The notes beneath the pieces are model-generated. The model was not told where the DNA came from and did no database searches. It saw nothing but the letters and a program-made list of their open reading frames with translations. DNA of 55,077 bases. It comes from a virus. Taxonomy: Duplodnaviria; Caudoviricetes. Shown piece by piece: positions 46,718-55,077 of this stretch. A program made the translations under genes and the position numbers. Location of the stretch: the IMG/VR virus record IMGVR_UViG_3300037479_000047, positions 1 to 55,077 of that record. One strand, written 5' to 3'. Within the stretch, counting starts at the first letter, position 1; every line of letters begins with the position of its first letter.

Positions 46718-49700
46718 ATGCCCGCATTGCCTCCAAAACCGCAACCGCCAGCACCATCCGAGATTTCCGTTCCACTGATTTATGGTCGGGATGCGATGGG
46801 GACTGAGGAACAACCATGGGGCAATCCTCACGCGCCGTATTCCGCCCTGCCAAGCGAGACGCCTTCATTTGTGAATGGCTTTATGAAAGAAGCGGCGGCT
46901 GGCTATGAGAAAGAGGGGGTCATTGTCGGCGACGCCCCCGATGACGACCGCACCGACAATGCGCTGAAAGCCAGAGTCGAAGCCTATGAGCAGGGCGATG
47001 CGCTGAATTGGTTGTTGGAGGGGAGCGAGACACAAGAGCAGCCGGAAGCGAAAACGACTGAAGCCAAGCCAAACGGAAAGGCCCAACTTGAAGGCTCAAT
47101 GCTTGGAACCGTTGCCGCTGGCATCTCCGAATTACCGCGACAGGCTCTTGGCGGGGTGCGGGATGCGGCGCAATCCATTCTTGAGTTCGGCGATTGGGTA
47201 GAAAGCAAGGCGGGACTAGGTGGCATTCAAATCTTCGATGAAGAAGGTAATATCGCTCCCGAACTTTTGAGCGGAACCAGCTTTGCCGCCAAGCGCAAGA
47301 AGGGCATGAAGGGGCCGACCCTCCCGGATGTTGGTGAGCCCAAGACCGTTATAGGCGGCGCTGTCAGGCCGATAGCTCGATTCCTAGGGCCGTTCGGTTT
47401 GGCGGCCAAAGCTATGGGAGGGCTCCGAGGCACGACTGCACTTGTTGGCTTTGGTCGCGCATCCGGTGCTGGCGCGGTAGCGGACTTTCTTGCCTTCGAT
47501 CCGCACGAAGAACGTCTCTCGGATTTGCTGAAACAAGTTCCGGCCCTGGCCAATCCCGTCACCGAATATCTTGCCGCCGACAAGGAAGATTCGGAACTTG
47601 AGGGGAGGCTAAAGAATGCCATCGAAGGTTTGGGCATCGGCACCTTGGCCGAAGGGTTATTCAGGGCCATCAAACTCTATCGCTCCCGCCGGATTCTAGC
47701 CAGAGAAGGCAATGCCGCCGATTTGACTGCGGCCGCTATCCGCACTGCTACCGATGAGCAAATGCTGCGCGAGGCTGGCGACCTGTCCTTGCTTGGCAGT
47801 GCCGATCAGAACGTCCCGCTGGTTATCGACAAGAAGTTGACTACGGCGGCTGCACAAACTGGTGATTTGGGCGTGCCAGATGATATTGTTGCCAGTGCGC
47901 TTACTAGGAAAGGGCTCGAACCGCTTGCCGGTGCCGATGGTGTCTATATCAACTTCGCTCGCATCAACGAGCCGGAGGATATTCAGCGTATTATCAATGA
48001 TACGGCTGGGGCGTTCAAGGACGACATCGACAAGGCGCGGCGCGGCGTTCGCACCAATGTTGAGACGGTCTTAAGTGCCGACAAGATTGACGCATGGGAT
48101 GCCTTGGTCAAACGCAGGCCAGGACAACCGCTAAATGCCGAACAGTCTGTCGCCGCAAGACAGCTTTGGGCGACCTCTGCCGATAAGTTGGGCAAGTTAG
48201 CAGAAATCGCAGCCGACAATCCTACACCCGAAAATCTATTCCAGTTCCGGCGTATGCTTGCCACGCACCATGCCATCCAGAAAGAGGTGATTGCCGCTCG
48301 GTCGGAGACTGCCCGTGCATTGCAGTCTTGGGCCATCCCTGTGGGTGGTAATTTAGAACGTATGCGCGATATGGAATCGCTGCTTGTCCGGACAGGCGGG
48401 CCAGAAGCGGCAGCGGCTTTGGCGCGGCGCGTCGCGGTGCTGGCCAAAACGCCGAATGCTGCGGCAGGTCTTTCCAAATTCGTGGAGAAGAGTGTTTCCG
48501 CGAAAACGCTCGGCTCGATCCAAGAATACTGGATCAACGCGCTTCTATCCGGTCCCAAGACGCACATGGTCAATATGATGTCGAATACTGGCGTCGTTGG
48601 ACTATCCATCCTAGAACGCTCAGTGGCGGCGCGCTATGGGCGACTGTTCTCCGAGGAAGGCGTTGAGATCGGAGAAGCCTTAGCGCAAATCCAGGGGCTT
48701 CGCGGGGGCATCTGGGATGCTTTTCGCAATGCCGGCAAGGCGATGCGCACTGGTCAGACTGGTTTCGGCGTCAACAAGATCGAACTTCCTCGTGAGCGCA
48801 TGATTTCCTCTGGCACTTGGAATATCCGCTCGGATAGCTGGGCTGGGCGTGGGGTTGATGCGTTAGGATCGGTGGTGAATGTTCCCGGCCGAATGCTGCA
48901 AGCTGAGGACGAATTTTTCAAGACCATCGGCTATCGCATGGAACTGCACGCCCAAGCGCAGCGTATGGTTTCTCGTGAGTTGAGGGAAGGCACGCTTGCG
49001 AAGGGCAACGTAAAAACGCGCTTTGCGGAAATCCTCAATGATCCGCCCGAGGCAATCCGGCTAGAGGCGGCGGCTACGGCAGCCTATCAGACCTTCACCA
49101 ATCCGCCAGGCAAGTTCACACAGTGGTTGATGCGTAGTCCGGTGATGAGTGAGTTCCCGGTTGCCAGATTCGTTTTGCCGTTTGTCAACACGCCAGGGAA
49201 CATTTTGAAATACACCTTCGAGCGCACGCCATTGGCTCCGCTCACGGCGAAATATCGGAACGCCATAGCCAAGGGCGGGGCCGAAGCTGATCTAGCTAGA
49301 ACCAGGATGGCGCTAGGCACGATGGCGCTCATGGTGAGCATGGATATGGCCATGAACGGGCACATTACGGGTTCCGGCCCGCCGCTCAAGGATACCAGCG
49401 AACGTCAGAACTGGATGCGCCAAGGTAACAAACCCTACTCCGCCAAAATCGGCGACCGATACTTTGCCTTTAATCGTCTTGATCCGATGGGTTATCATAT
49501 GGGTATTGCTGCCGACCTTTCGGAATATCTTTTGAACGCGCAGGGGGGCGATGAAACCGCTGCTGAGTTCCAAGAAATGTTTGCCGCCGCTGCATTCTCC
49601 ATCGCCGAGAACATAACGTCAAAATCTTACATGCAAGGTTTGGCCGGATTTATCGAGGCAATCGAGGATTCCGATAGATATGGTGCGGCCTGGCTTGATC

Positions 49701-50344
49701 GCTTCGCGGGCAGCTTTGTACCGACTGGCGTGAAGGAGGTTGCCACCTTTCTTGATCCGACCAAGCGGGCGGTCCATGATATGATCAGCTCGGTGAAGTC
49801 TCGCACGCCCGGACTTTCGGATGACTTGCCAGCTAAGCGCGATCTATGGGGACGTGCGATCGGCTATGAAAGCGGGCTAGGTAGCATTTATGATGCTGTG
49901 TCACCGATCTACAGCTCGAAATACAAACCAGAACCTATCGACTTAGCGATGGAAAAGGATGGCTGGTTCCTTGGTATGGGTGGGGGCGACATCACCATCA
50001 AGGGCGAGCGGGTATCCTTCAAGAACCGCCCGGACACGCGGCAGAGATATTACCAACTCAGGGGCGCAACCAAGCCATCCGAGATCGAAGCCGATTGGCT
50101 GGAAGCTCGCTATGGGGATCATACCTTGCTGGAAGTCCTCAACGGCATGGTTACGGGCCAGAACGATCTCAGCGAGGTATGGCAGGAAGCCGAGACATCA
50201 GAGGGCCGGGAAAAAATCGCTCGTGACGTGTTCAACGATTTTGGCCGTGCGGCACGGGAGCAATTGCTTATTGAGTTTCCCTGGATTGAGGAAGCTGCAC
50301 TAAAGAAAAAGGCCGCTCGGGGCAGATTGGAGCCAGTCGAGTGA
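46718..50344 (+). CDS. Large internal virion DNA-ejection protein (gp16-like)
   Basis: 1208 aa and helical; LLSGPKTH..N, DEFFK and PFVNTPGNI. Confidence 0.75.
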   Translation: MPALPPKPQPPAPSEISVPLIYGRDAMGTEEQPWGNPHAPYSALPSETPSFVNGFMKEAAAGYEKEGVIVGDAPDDDRTDNALKARVEAYEQGDALNWLLEGSETQEQPEAKTTEAKPNGKAQLEGSMLGTVAAGISELPRQALGGVRDAAQSILEFGDWVESKAGLGGIQIFDEEGNIAPELLSGTSFAAKRKKGMKGPTLPDVGEPKTVIGGAVRPIARFLGPFGLAAKAMGGLRGTTALVGFGRASGAGAVADFLAFDPHEERLSDLLKQVPALANPVTEYLAADKEDSELEGRLKNAIEGLGIGTLAEGLFRAIKLYRSRRILAREGNAADLTAAAIRTATDEQMLREAGDLSLLGSADQNVPLVIDKKLTTAAAQTGDLGVPDDIVASALTRKGLEPLAGADGVYINFARINEPEDIQRIINDTAGAFKDDIDKARRGVRTNVETVLSADKIDAWDALVKRRPGQPLNAEQSVAARQLWATSADKLGKLAEIAADNPTPENLFQFRRMLATHHAIQKEVIAARSETARALQSWAIPVGGNLERMRDMESLLVRTGGPEAAAALARRVAVLAKTPNAAAGLSKFVEKSVSAKTLGSIQEYWINALLSGPKTHMVNMMSNTGVVGLSILERSVAARYGRLFSEEGVEIGEALAQIQGLRGGIWDAFRNAGKAMRTGQTGFGVNKIELPRERMISSGTWNIRSDSWAGRGVDALGSVVNVPGRMLQAEDEFFKTIGYRMELHAQAQRMVSRELREGTLAKGNVKTRFAEILNDPPEAIRLEAAATAAYQTFTNPPGKFTQWLMRSPVMSEFPVARFVLPFVNTPGNILKYTFERTPLAPLTAKYRNAIAKGGAEADLARTRMALGTMALMVSMDMAMNGHITGSGPPLKDTSERQNWMRQGNKPYSAKIGDRYFAFNRLDPMGYHMGIAADLSEYLLNAQGGDETAAEFQEMFAAAAFSIAENITSKSYMQGLAGFIEAIEDSDRYGAAWLDRFAGSFVPTGVKEVATFLDPTKRAVHDMISSVKSRTPGLSDDLPAKRDLWGRAIGYESGLGSIYDAVSPIYSSKYKPEPIDLAMEKDGWFLGMGGGDITIKGERVSFKNRPDTRQRYYQLRGATKPSEIEADWLEARYGDHTLLEVLNGMVTGQNDLSEVWQEAETSEGREKIARDVFNDFGRAAREQLLIEFPWIEEAALKKKAARGRLEPVE

Positions 50345-50574
50345 ATGCGCTAGTATTTCTCTCTGTAGCGTTCGCCTGCGGGTATCTCGTATGGCGTGGC
50401 AGCCATAGGTTCTGGCATTCGGTATTTGCCGGGATTGCGGTTCCCTTAATTGGGTTGATTGCCTTTGGCATTGTTATAGGGCGGGAGAGTCTTGAGGGCT
50501 TGAGTCCGTTCTATGTTCTATTCGGGACGCTCCTTGCCATTGTTGTTTTGGCGTTCATCTGCCGTCGCGGTTAG
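50341..50574 (+). CDS. Small three-TM membrane protein
   Basis: Highly hydrophobic 77 aa. Confidence 0.5.
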   Translation: MNALVFLSVAFACGYLVWRGSHRFWHSVFAGIAVPLIGLIAFGIVIGRESLEGLSPFYVLFGTLLAIVVLAFICRRG

Positions 50575-50689
50575 CGCAACGTCCGCGCATTTCCTCTAAC
50601 TCAACAGGCAAACGATTTCTCGCATAGTCCCTCCTAAAGGGGGAGACTACAGCCTTTTTACATCGGAGCAAAGCAATGAGAACGCAGCC

Positions 50690-50896
50690 ATGATGCATTG
50701 GCTCGTGCAACACCATCCATCGGGGGACGCGGTGAAAGATTATTCCTTGGCCGGCGCGCTTACGTCATCCCCCATTTGGGCTCCGTATCTTGCTGACGTA
50801 AACGGTTGGCTGACAACCCTGACTTTGGTGGGCGGCCTCATTTTGTTGGGACGCAGACTCTGGCGTGACTTCCGCGATGGCGGGGAAAAGAAGTAG
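50690..50896 (+). CDS. Putative holin-like membrane protein
   Basis: TM segment with basic C-terminus directly upstream of the endolysin. Confidence 0.45.
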   Translation: MMHWLVQHHPSGDAVKDYSLAGALTSSPIWAPYLADVNGWLTTLTLVGGLILLGRRLWRDFRDGGEKK

Positions 50897-50938
50897 CTCG
50901 CCACTCCTTCTAACAGCTGGATATAGAGAGGTGTTCGC

Positions 50939-52246
50939 ATGTGGCTCGGAGGCTTTTCCGGGGCGGGGTTTGACCGTGCCGAATTTGTGAAATGGCTCTC
51001 GGCTCAGAAGAAGCCAAGCTGGTGCAAGTTCTTGGCGATCCACGCCACGGGTGCGCCCTACACCCTCGCCTCAGTCGGCGCCGCGAAGCGCATGGCGAAC
51101 CTCGCCAACTATTACAAGAATCAACAGAGGTGGAAAGGCGGGCCTCATTTCTTCGCGATGGGAACCAAGGTCTATCCGGGAACGCCCGTTGAATATCCTT
51201 CGGTCCATTCTCCCTCATGGAACAATACCGCAATCGCCATCGAATGTGAAGGCGACTACCGAAAGACCGGAAAGCACTCGCACCTTACCGGCCCCGGCGC
51301 AATCAACTGGGAGACAATGGCCTGGACCACGGCTGAGCTGCTAAAGTGGCTCGGCCTGGTTGCCTCTCCCTCGACCGTGCGATTTCACAAAGAAGATACT
51401 CGCACCTCGCACCGGGAGTGCCCAGGCAATATCGAGAAGGATTGGTTTCTCTCCAAGGTGAAAAGCTATCTTGGGGACACTTCCCCCGCAGTGGACTCGG
51501 CCAAGGGGACGCCCGAGGCCCCCGTTGCGGTTATTGACTGGAAGGCCCAGGCCCTCAAGCAGCTTTTCGACCTAAAGGAAATTCAGGAACGCTTGAAAGC
51601 CCACGGATTTGACCCGGGCCCGATTGACGGACTCATGGGGCCGAAGACCGACTCAGCTATTCGCGCTCATCAAGCGAGTCTCACAATTGGCTCTACAGAC
51701 GTGGTAGGGCCTTGGCAGATGGGGAAGCTCATGGAAGCGCCAAAGCTGTCAGTCAATTCTGGGCCTCTGGAGGGTGTTCCTGCTTTACCCCTAGCCGAGA
51801 TGCACATTTCCAAGGCGGGATTGGACCTCATCAAGCATTTCGAGGGGCTAAGGCTAATCCCCTATGACGATGTAGGTTCGCTGGCTATCGGGTATGGGCA
51901 CTCTAACCGGAGCCTGAAGCCTCCGGTCGTTACTCCCGACCTTCGGATTACCGAGCAGGAGGCGGAAGAAATTCTCGCCCGCGACCTGATTGACTATGAG
52001 AATCGAGTGAAAGCCTCAATCACCGTCCCGCTCAAGCAGCACCAATTCGATGCGCTGGTTTCTATAGCCTATAATTGGGGGCCGGGCAATCTCGACCGCT
52101 CCGAGCTGAGGAAGATGGTCAATGCCGAGAGCCATGTGCAGGCCGAAGCCGAGATCAGAACCTTGCTCCCGCCCAAGACGGTGAAACACTACAAGGGCAT
52201 CCTGCGACGGCGCAACAAGGAAGCCGATCTTTACGGGGGGAAATGA
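50939..52246 (+). CDS. Modular endolysin: Amidase_2 + PG-binding + GH24 lysozyme
   Basis: IHAT...HKE..HRECPG; IQERLKAHGFDPGPIDGLMGPKT; LIKHFEGLRL..Y...IGYGH...QFDALVS..YN...LRRR..E. Confidence 0.88.
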   Translation: MWLGGFSGAGFDRAEFVKWLSAQKKPSWCKFLAIHATGAPYTLASVGAAKRMANLANYYKNQQRWKGGPHFFAMGTKVYPGTPVEYPSVHSPSWNNTAIAIECEGDYRKTGKHSHLTGPGAINWETMAWTTAELLKWLGLVASPSTVRFHKEDTRTSHRECPGNIEKDWFLSKVKSYLGDTSPAVDSAKGTPEAPVAVIDWKAQALKQLFDLKEIQERLKAHGFDPGPIDGLMGPKTDSAIRAHQASLTIGSTDVVGPWQMGKLMEAPKLSVNSGPLEGVPALPLAEMHISKAGLDLIKHFEGLRLIPYDDVGSLAIGYGHSNRSLKPPVVTPDLRITEQEAEEILARDLIDYENRVKASITVPLKQHQFDALVSIAYNWGPGNLDRSELRKMVNAESHVQAEAEIRTLLPPKTVKHYKGILRRRNKEADLYGGK

Positions 52247-52458
52247 CCAATCTAGTCGAGACGGTCACCGTCAGGATCGCCCTACATCGGGATAAGGCAG
52301 ACTCGTTCCCGTATGACTCGCTATGGGGAACGCTCCGCAAAATCTGGCCGCATGTCTGTCCCTGGCGTCAGGCGGCGGGCTACATCAACATGCACAACAT
52401 CGAAATCGAGTGGACGAGTTCGGGGCTCACGGAAGAACACGACGCCAATGATAATTGA
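52243..52458 (+). CDS. Hypothetical protein
   Basis: ATGA overlap with the endolysin stop. Confidence 0.4.
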   Translation: MTNLVETVTVRIALHRDKADSFPYDSLWGTLRKIWPHVCPWRQAAGYINMHNIEIEWTSSGLTEEHDANDN

Positions 52459-52712
52459 TGGGGGGCTTAGATGCGGTTCGGTCGTTCTTACGGTCGGCTG
52501 TCTCGCTGGTGCTTCCGCTACAAGCGGACCTGTCTCTTCTGCCTCTATGCGCGCTGGCTGTTCCTCTACGCGCTGAGAATCAATCGCATCATCAAATGAC
52601 TTTAACTCCGAGGCGCGACCCCGGTGTGCCGAGAGATTTGCCTACTGATGGGCTCTCTTTGGCTGACCTGCCCTTAGTCGCGGAAGGGCACTCAATCATG
52701 GAGAGAAAAATT

Positions 52713-52904
52713 ATGGCTGAGATGTGGGCCGGCTTGTCCGGCTACAAAACCTACATCGTCATGTGGACGATGGTTGGTTGCATCGTTGTCGAGAAAGTTA
52801 TGGGCTTTGATGTCCCCGGTTTTGAAATGGGGGACGATTGGGTTAATTGGCTTCTCGGCGCTTTTGGCCTAGGCGCTCTGCGCTCTGGCATGAAGATGAT
52901 GTAA
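52713..52904 (+). CDS. Putative holin (GYKTY type)
   Basis: LSGYKTYIV, two hydrophobic helices, GLGALR. Confidence 0.55.
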   Translation: MAEMWAGLSGYKTYIVMWTMVGCIVVEKVMGFDVPGFEMGDDWVNWLLGAFGLGALRSGMKMM

Positions 52905-52908
52905 GCAC

Positions 52909-53130
52909 ATGACAACGCTGTGGGCGAAAATAGTTTCCACGGCGCTTTCACTGGTCAAGCCGCTCGTAGCTCTGTTCATCTATTGGGCAGGGAAACGAGC
53001 GGCCGCCACTGAGATTGCCAAGGAGCAGGCAGAGAAGGATTCGGCACTCGCCGAGGACTATCTAAAAAACCGCTCCGAGGAACGCACGCCGGACCAGACG
53101 CTAGACAAAATCCGGGATGGGAGTTTCTGA
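52909..53130 (+). CDS. Putative i-spanin
   Basis: N-terminal TM plus charged helix in the lysis cassette. Confidence 0.5.
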   Translation: MTTLWAKIVSTALSLVKPLVALFIYWAGKRAAATEIAKEQAEKDSALAEDYLKNRSEERTPDQTLDKIRDGSF

Positions 53131-53372
53131 TGCCCCGCTGGCTCTGCATCGCCCTGATTGTTGCTGCCGTTCCTTTAGCTGGCTTCAAAGGCTGCACGCC
53201 CGAGGTCAAGGCGCGGCTGTGCCCGCCGCTGCAAACTTACTCGGCCGAGTTCCGCGCCGAGCTCGCCAAGGAATATGCGGAAGTCATCAGGCTCTATCCG
53301 CACGTCGCTCAGTTGGTGCGTGACTACAACATCACCCGCGACGACATCCGCGCCTGCCTGAAACACCGATGA
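53130..53372 (+). CDS. Putative o-spanin lipoprotein
   Basis: Signal peptide with LAGFKGC, CPP motif and a further C-terminal Cys. Confidence 0.5.
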   Translation: MPRWLCIALIVAAVPLAGFKGCTPEVKARLCPPLQTYSAEFRAELAKEYAEVIRLYPHVAQLVRDYNITRDDIRACLKHR

Positions 53373-53629
53373 CCGTAGACGATTGGCTGATCCTGCTCGG
53401 CGGCGTGGCCGCTCGCGTTGTTGTCTCGCCGCTGGAATGTATGCGGGGCGGGGCGATTTTCTTCTCGCAAGCGCGCATGGCGCAACAAACGCCGGAACAA
53501 GGCGCGCCAGCGCCCGCCTACTTCGCCAAGATATACGGCAAGATGGAAGGCGACGGGTCCGACATCGTGCAGTCCTGGCTCGCCGAGCAACGCGCCCGAG
53601 CCAAGCGCCTTGAGCCGCAGATCAAGTAG
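53369..53629 (+). CDS. Hypothetical protein
   Basis: 86 aa, coupled to the previous gene. Confidence 0.45.
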   Translation: MTVDDWLILLGGVAARVVVSPLECMRGGAIFFSQARMAQQTPEQGAPAPAYFAKIYGKMEGDGSDIVQSWLAEQRARAKRLEPQIK

Positions 53630-53668
53630 CTCCGCGAGTGGGGCGGTGGAGCGCAACCAGGAGGGATC

Positions 53669-54616
53669 ATGCCGCTAGAGCCGCCGAGCAGGGAAATTAT
53701 CGAGAATGCAATAGCCGTCTGGAAGCGGGTAGGCGCCAAGAGCGCGGCGGCACGAGAGTTGAACATCCCCAAAAGCACCTTCTGCGGCTGGCTGGACATT
53801 GCCCAGCGCATCTATCATATCAAACTTCCCGACCCTCAAGCTACCCCAGCCGCCAAGGGCCGGCGCGAGATAGATTTGGACAACGGCCTTGTGCTGGTCG
53901 GTTCCGATCCCCACTACTGGCCGGGCGATGCCAGCACGGCGCACCGAGCCTTCGTCAATTTCTGCAAAAAGCTCAAGCCTGCTGTCGTGGTCATGAACGG
54001 AGACGCGCTCGATCTTCCGCGCGTGTCACGGCATCCCCCGCCTGGCTGGACGCGAATGCCGGAAACCAAGGACGAGCTTGAAGTCTGCGCCGAACGATTA
54101 GGGGAGATCGCCAAGGCGGCAGGCAAGGCCAAGAAGCTCTGGCCTTGGGGCAATCACGATCAGCGCTTCGAGGTGTATCTGGCCACGCACGCGCCGGAAG
54201 TCGCTGGCGTCAAGGGCACGCGGCTCCTGGATCATTTTCCCGACTGGGAGCCGTGCTGGTCGGTATTCGTCAATAATCGCCCGGGCGGTTTGGTCATCAA
54301 GCACCGTCATCGCGGTGGCATTCATGCGACTTGGAACAACGTCATCTATGCCGGCCGCTCCATAGCCACCGGGCATTTGCACAGCCAGCGGGTTACACCG
54401 ATCACCGACTATAACGGCACGCGCTACGGCATTGATGTTGGGACGATGGCCGACATTTACGCCCCGCAATTCCAGTATTTGGAGGACAATCCCCGCAATT
54501 GGCGCAGCGGCTTTGCGGTGTTTCGTTTCGACAGCGGCGCGCTATTGCCGCCTGAGTTGGTGACGGTGCTTGAGCCCGGGGTTGTTGCCTTCCGGGGCGA
54601 GCTGATCGAGGTATGA
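53669..54616 (+). CDS. Calcineurin-like metallophosphoesterase with N-terminal HTH
   Basis: SDPH, NGDALD, GNHD and GHLH motifs; AARELNIPKST HTH. Confidence 0.85.
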   Translation: MPLEPPSREIIENAIAVWKRVGAKSAAARELNIPKSTFCGWLDIAQRIYHIKLPDPQATPAAKGRREIDLDNGLVLVGSDPHYWPGDASTAHRAFVNFCKKLKPAVVVMNGDALDLPRVSRHPPPGWTRMPETKDELEVCAERLGEIAKAAGKAKKLWPWGNHDQRFEVYLATHAPEVAGVKGTRLLDHFPDWEPCWSVFVNNRPGGLVIKHRHRGGIHATWNNVIYAGRSIATGHLHSQRVTPITDYNGTRYGIDVGTMADIYAPQFQYLEDNPRNWRSGFAVFRFDSGALLPPELVTVLEPGVVAFRGELIEV

Positions 54617-54617
54617 G

Positions 54618-54827
54618 ATGGCCCGCTACCCGGAACTCAAGGACGGTGAATGGTATCGCCCGCCGCGCCGAGGCTTTTGCGAGCAGTGCTGTTCCTGCGG
54701 GCTCGTGCATCGCTGGGACTTCCGCATTAAAGACGGGGCTATCGAGTTCCGCGTGTTCCGCGATGAGCGCCGCACTGCTGCCGCGCGCCGCGCCCGCAAG
54801 AAAAAGGTGGTGATCGTGGATGAGTGA
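54618..54827 (+). CDS. Small Cys-containing hypothetical protein
   Basis: CCSCGLVH motif. Confidence 0.55.
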   Translation: MARYPELKDGEWYRPPRRGFCEQCCSCGLVHRWDFRIKDGAIEFRVFRDERRTAAARRARKKKVVIVDE

Positions 54828-55038
54828 GCCCCGCATCTTCGTCACCACGATCGAGGATTCCCCCGGCCGAGTGCATATCGCCATGTTCACCGGCCACGGG
54901 GAGAAGCAAAAAGTCATGCGCAAAGAACTCAGCCTGTTCGAGATGCAGGAGATGCACGAAAAGCTGACGCGGGCGCTATGGGACCGAACGAGGAAACTTA
55001 GCGGACAAGAGAAAGCCCCCGCTGTGAACGGGGGCTGA
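54820..55038 (+). CDS. Hypothetical protein
   Basis: 72 aa, last gene of the late operon. Confidence 0.5.
   Translation: MSEPRIFVTTIEDSPGRVHIAMFTGHGEKQKVMRKELSLFEMQEMHEKLTRALWDRTRKLSGQEKAPAVNGG
55011..55037. terminator. Convergent terminator hairpin
   Basis: AGCCCCCG-ctgtgaa-CGGGGGCT with a short T-run on the minus strand. Confidence 0.65.
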
Positions 55039-55077
55039 GTAGCTAGTCTTGTTTGGTTAGCCAGTCGCAGCGGGCAT

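Noticed and set aside
34926-50344. Diversity-generating retroelement, suggested by the BPP-1-like head module
   Set aside because: I saw no reverse transcriptase ORF and no TR/VR pair.
1-55077. Numerous antisense and alternate-frame ORFs in the ORF track
   Set aside because: They are shadows of real genes in GC-rich DNA and lack RBSs or recognisable motifs.

Overview
The window looks like an essentially complete, circularly permuted ~55 kb podovirus-type phage genome, probably infecting an alphaproteobacterium (GcrA homologue, RcGTA-like head-spike base, high GC). A leftward early operon (1-11 kb) carries ERF/YqaJ recombination genes and many small ORFs. An XRE repressor lies between two divergent sigma70 promoters that share operator-like palindromes. 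A rightward middle operon encodes RusA, an HNH-GcrA fusion, three DNA methyltransferases, a replication initiator, a primase-helicase, DUF5131 and a NusG-like protein. The late operon encodes terminase, portal, scaffold, capsid, tail tubes, ejection proteins and lysis genes. I found no integrase. The standout signal is the tripeptide Asp-Thr-Gly (DTG), which occurs 48 times by manual count in six known or putative virion-surface proteins. It is encoded by varied synonymous codons and is absent from the portal, scaffold, major capsid and ejection proteins. Between terS and terL, next to several DTG-rich genes, sits a ~5.4 kb cassette of glycosyltransferase-like, SDR, FAD oxidoreductase, SAM methyltransferase, P-loop kinase and ParB/Srx-like genes. 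I infer a phage-encoded, sequon-directed virion-surface modification system, most likely O-glycosylation at D-T-G. All annotations come from motif recognition by eye; no database searches were run.
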